A stretch of 64,000 bases of DNA from the human T2T-CHM13v2.0 reference genome, Homo sapiens, in NCBI RefSeq assembly GCF_009914755.1, contig NC_060939.1; one strand, given 5' to 3'. Of this stretch, positions 62,577 through 64,000 are shown piece after piece. Position 1 is the stretch's first letter, and each line of letters opens with the position of its first letter. The notes below the pieces were generated by a model. That model ran no database searches, had not been told where the DNA came from, and was given only the letters and a program-made list of their open reading frames with translations. Made by a program: the position numbers and the translations under genes.

Positions 62577-64000
62577 CTGTGTAACCAAAGGCTCTGGTTA
62601 GAGAATATGAAGGGCCTTAGCTTTTAGACCTGTTCTACCTCCTCACCAAATATAATGGCAGACCCATGTGTGTCTGGAATGGCCTTGAATTGCTCTTTCC
62701 TTAAAATAGCTAGCTCTTCAGGAGAGTATCTAAGGCCCACTCCATCTTACCTGAACCAGTTGGTAAGGGTAACCATGACATAGAGTGAGGCAAGGAAGAA
62801 GACGAAGTGGAAGGCAGAATAGTTGTAGGAAAGATGCTGGACTTGGACTGGAGGAGCTGGAGGGGTTTCTTGGTCAGCTGGCCTCGCAGCCCCACCCCTT
62901 TGCCCTGGAGAGAGGAAATGGCTGCTGGGAGCAGAGCTGCTGAAACACCTCTTCCCCTCTCCCCCAACTACCTTTGTTAAGGCTCTTGAGGGTTCTTATG
63001 GCACTCCACAGAGATCTACCACTTCTTATGGTTCCTCACTTGGCACTCACCTTTGTCTGCCTCCACTGTTTCAGGGCAGCAGAAACACAGTGAGGGCTTC
63101 TGCAAAACAGAACGCAGGTTTTGGAATGGTCTTAAAAGATGTGAGGGTGTTAATCTAGGAAACTTCCCCCGTGAAAAGATTGGTCTAGTATTAAAAAGTG
63201 GAGGCACACCTGGGTTCAAATTCTAGCTCCAGCATATAAGTGGCTGTGCAGACTTTGGTAAGATGTTTAATCTTTTGTGCCTCGATTTCTCCATTTGTAA
63301 AATGGAGCAAATACCTACCTCACAGGGTTGTTGTGAGGGTTAAATTAAATGAGATTATGTAAAAGTATCTAGCACAGTTGCCTAGCACATTGTGGGTACT
63401 CAATAAAAGGTAACAGCAGCTATAATCTGAGCATTCTGGGTAGAGGTTGGTAGGATGTGTGTGTGTCTTTGTGTGGGGGAGGGAGGGTGTTGGGGATATG
63501 GAGCTCTTTATCCTCACCTGAAACTCATAGCTGTAAACCTTGACAATCCACAGGGGTCCAAATACCTCAGCCAGGTAGGAGGCCTCATTGCTGAGAAAGA
63601 ATAGAGTTCTTAAGCTGGTTTAGTTAAATAGGGATTATCTGGGGGCATTTACTACCAATTGGTCCATACTGGTAATCCTCAAAAGGGTACCATACTCCCT
63701 GTGCCCTTTTCCACCAAAGATTTAGAATTCTATTCATGTGAGAGCCCTAAGGTCTTTGGACATATTTTAAATTCTCAAGTCATTCCCCCCACCCCCTTCA
63801 TCTCATACAGATCATCTGACAAAGTACTATTCTTAGAATTTGTCCCTGTTTGTGGGGAGCTTTTCTCACTCTAGTCTTGCTCTAAACTTTAAATAATGGT
63901 CCCAGACATTGTCCTGACCATCCTTCCCTGTCTTGGGCACCCTCCTTTCATACCTCCACCCTTGACACCTTTACGCACCAAGCAAAAAGCACACAAGCAT
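62363..64000 (-). CDS. SERINC4: Serine incorporator 4, C-terminal five exons (gene continues beyond window end)
   Basis: complement join(63979-64000,63518-63590,63051-63099,62751-62904,62363-62576); phases consistent; SERINC motifs [23 protein letters not shown] and WVKVASCW. Confidence 0.93.
62751..62904 (-). CDS. SERINC4: SERINC4 exon
   Basis: [42 protein letters not shown]. Confidence 0.92.
63051..63099 (-). CDS. SERINC4: SERINC4 exon
   Basis: [16 protein letters not shown]; cag/..G/gtgagt. Confidence 0.88.
63200..63410 (+). mobile_element. MIR element
   Basis: cctgggttcaaattctagctcc..gcctcgatttctccatttgtaaaatgg..cctcacagggttgttgtgagg..taaatgaga. Confidence 0.8.
63518..63590 (-). CDS. 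SERINC4: SERINC4 exon
   Basis: [24 protein letters not shown]. Confidence 0.88.
63979..64000 (-). CDS. SERINC4: SERINC4 exon (partial)
   Basis: ..ACVLFAC; donor TG/gtgcgt, phase matches next exon. Confidence 0.75.

Overview
Human genomic DNA that I recognise as the chr15q15.3 CATSPER2P1-PDIA3-ELL3-SERF2-SERINC4 locus. It is Alu-rich with three CpG islands. Contents: (1) 5' part of the unprocessed pseudogene CATSPER2P1 (- strand, 7 coding-derived exons, 1-bp frameshift in the first), head-to-head with (2) complete PDIA3/ERp57 (+, 13 exons, 505 aa); (3) complete ELL3 (-, 11 exons, 397 aa), convergent with PDIA3; (4) SERF2 (+, 3 coding exons, 59 aa, alternative acceptors) with antisense MIR1282; (5) the last five exons of SERINC4 (-). 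Also present are a U6 retropseudogene, DNA-transposon fossils (MER1B, MER85, MER44/Tigger7, MER3, MER104-like) and many Alus. Exon boundaries were read by eye and checked for GT/AG and frame. Gene and repeat names come from recall of known sequences, not from database searches. I found no new multi-gene system. The most unusual signals are: a displaced copy of the ELL3 exon-7 acceptor plus its adjacent Alu inside a CATSPER2P1 intron 32.5 kb away; a second flank-plus-Alu-head duplication, inverted; a 13-nt repeat spanning both ends of ELL3 intron 1; a SERF2 exon open in all three frames with an acceptor feeding each; a U12-type intron in CATSPER2P1; and a U6 copy inserted into a perfect hairpin.
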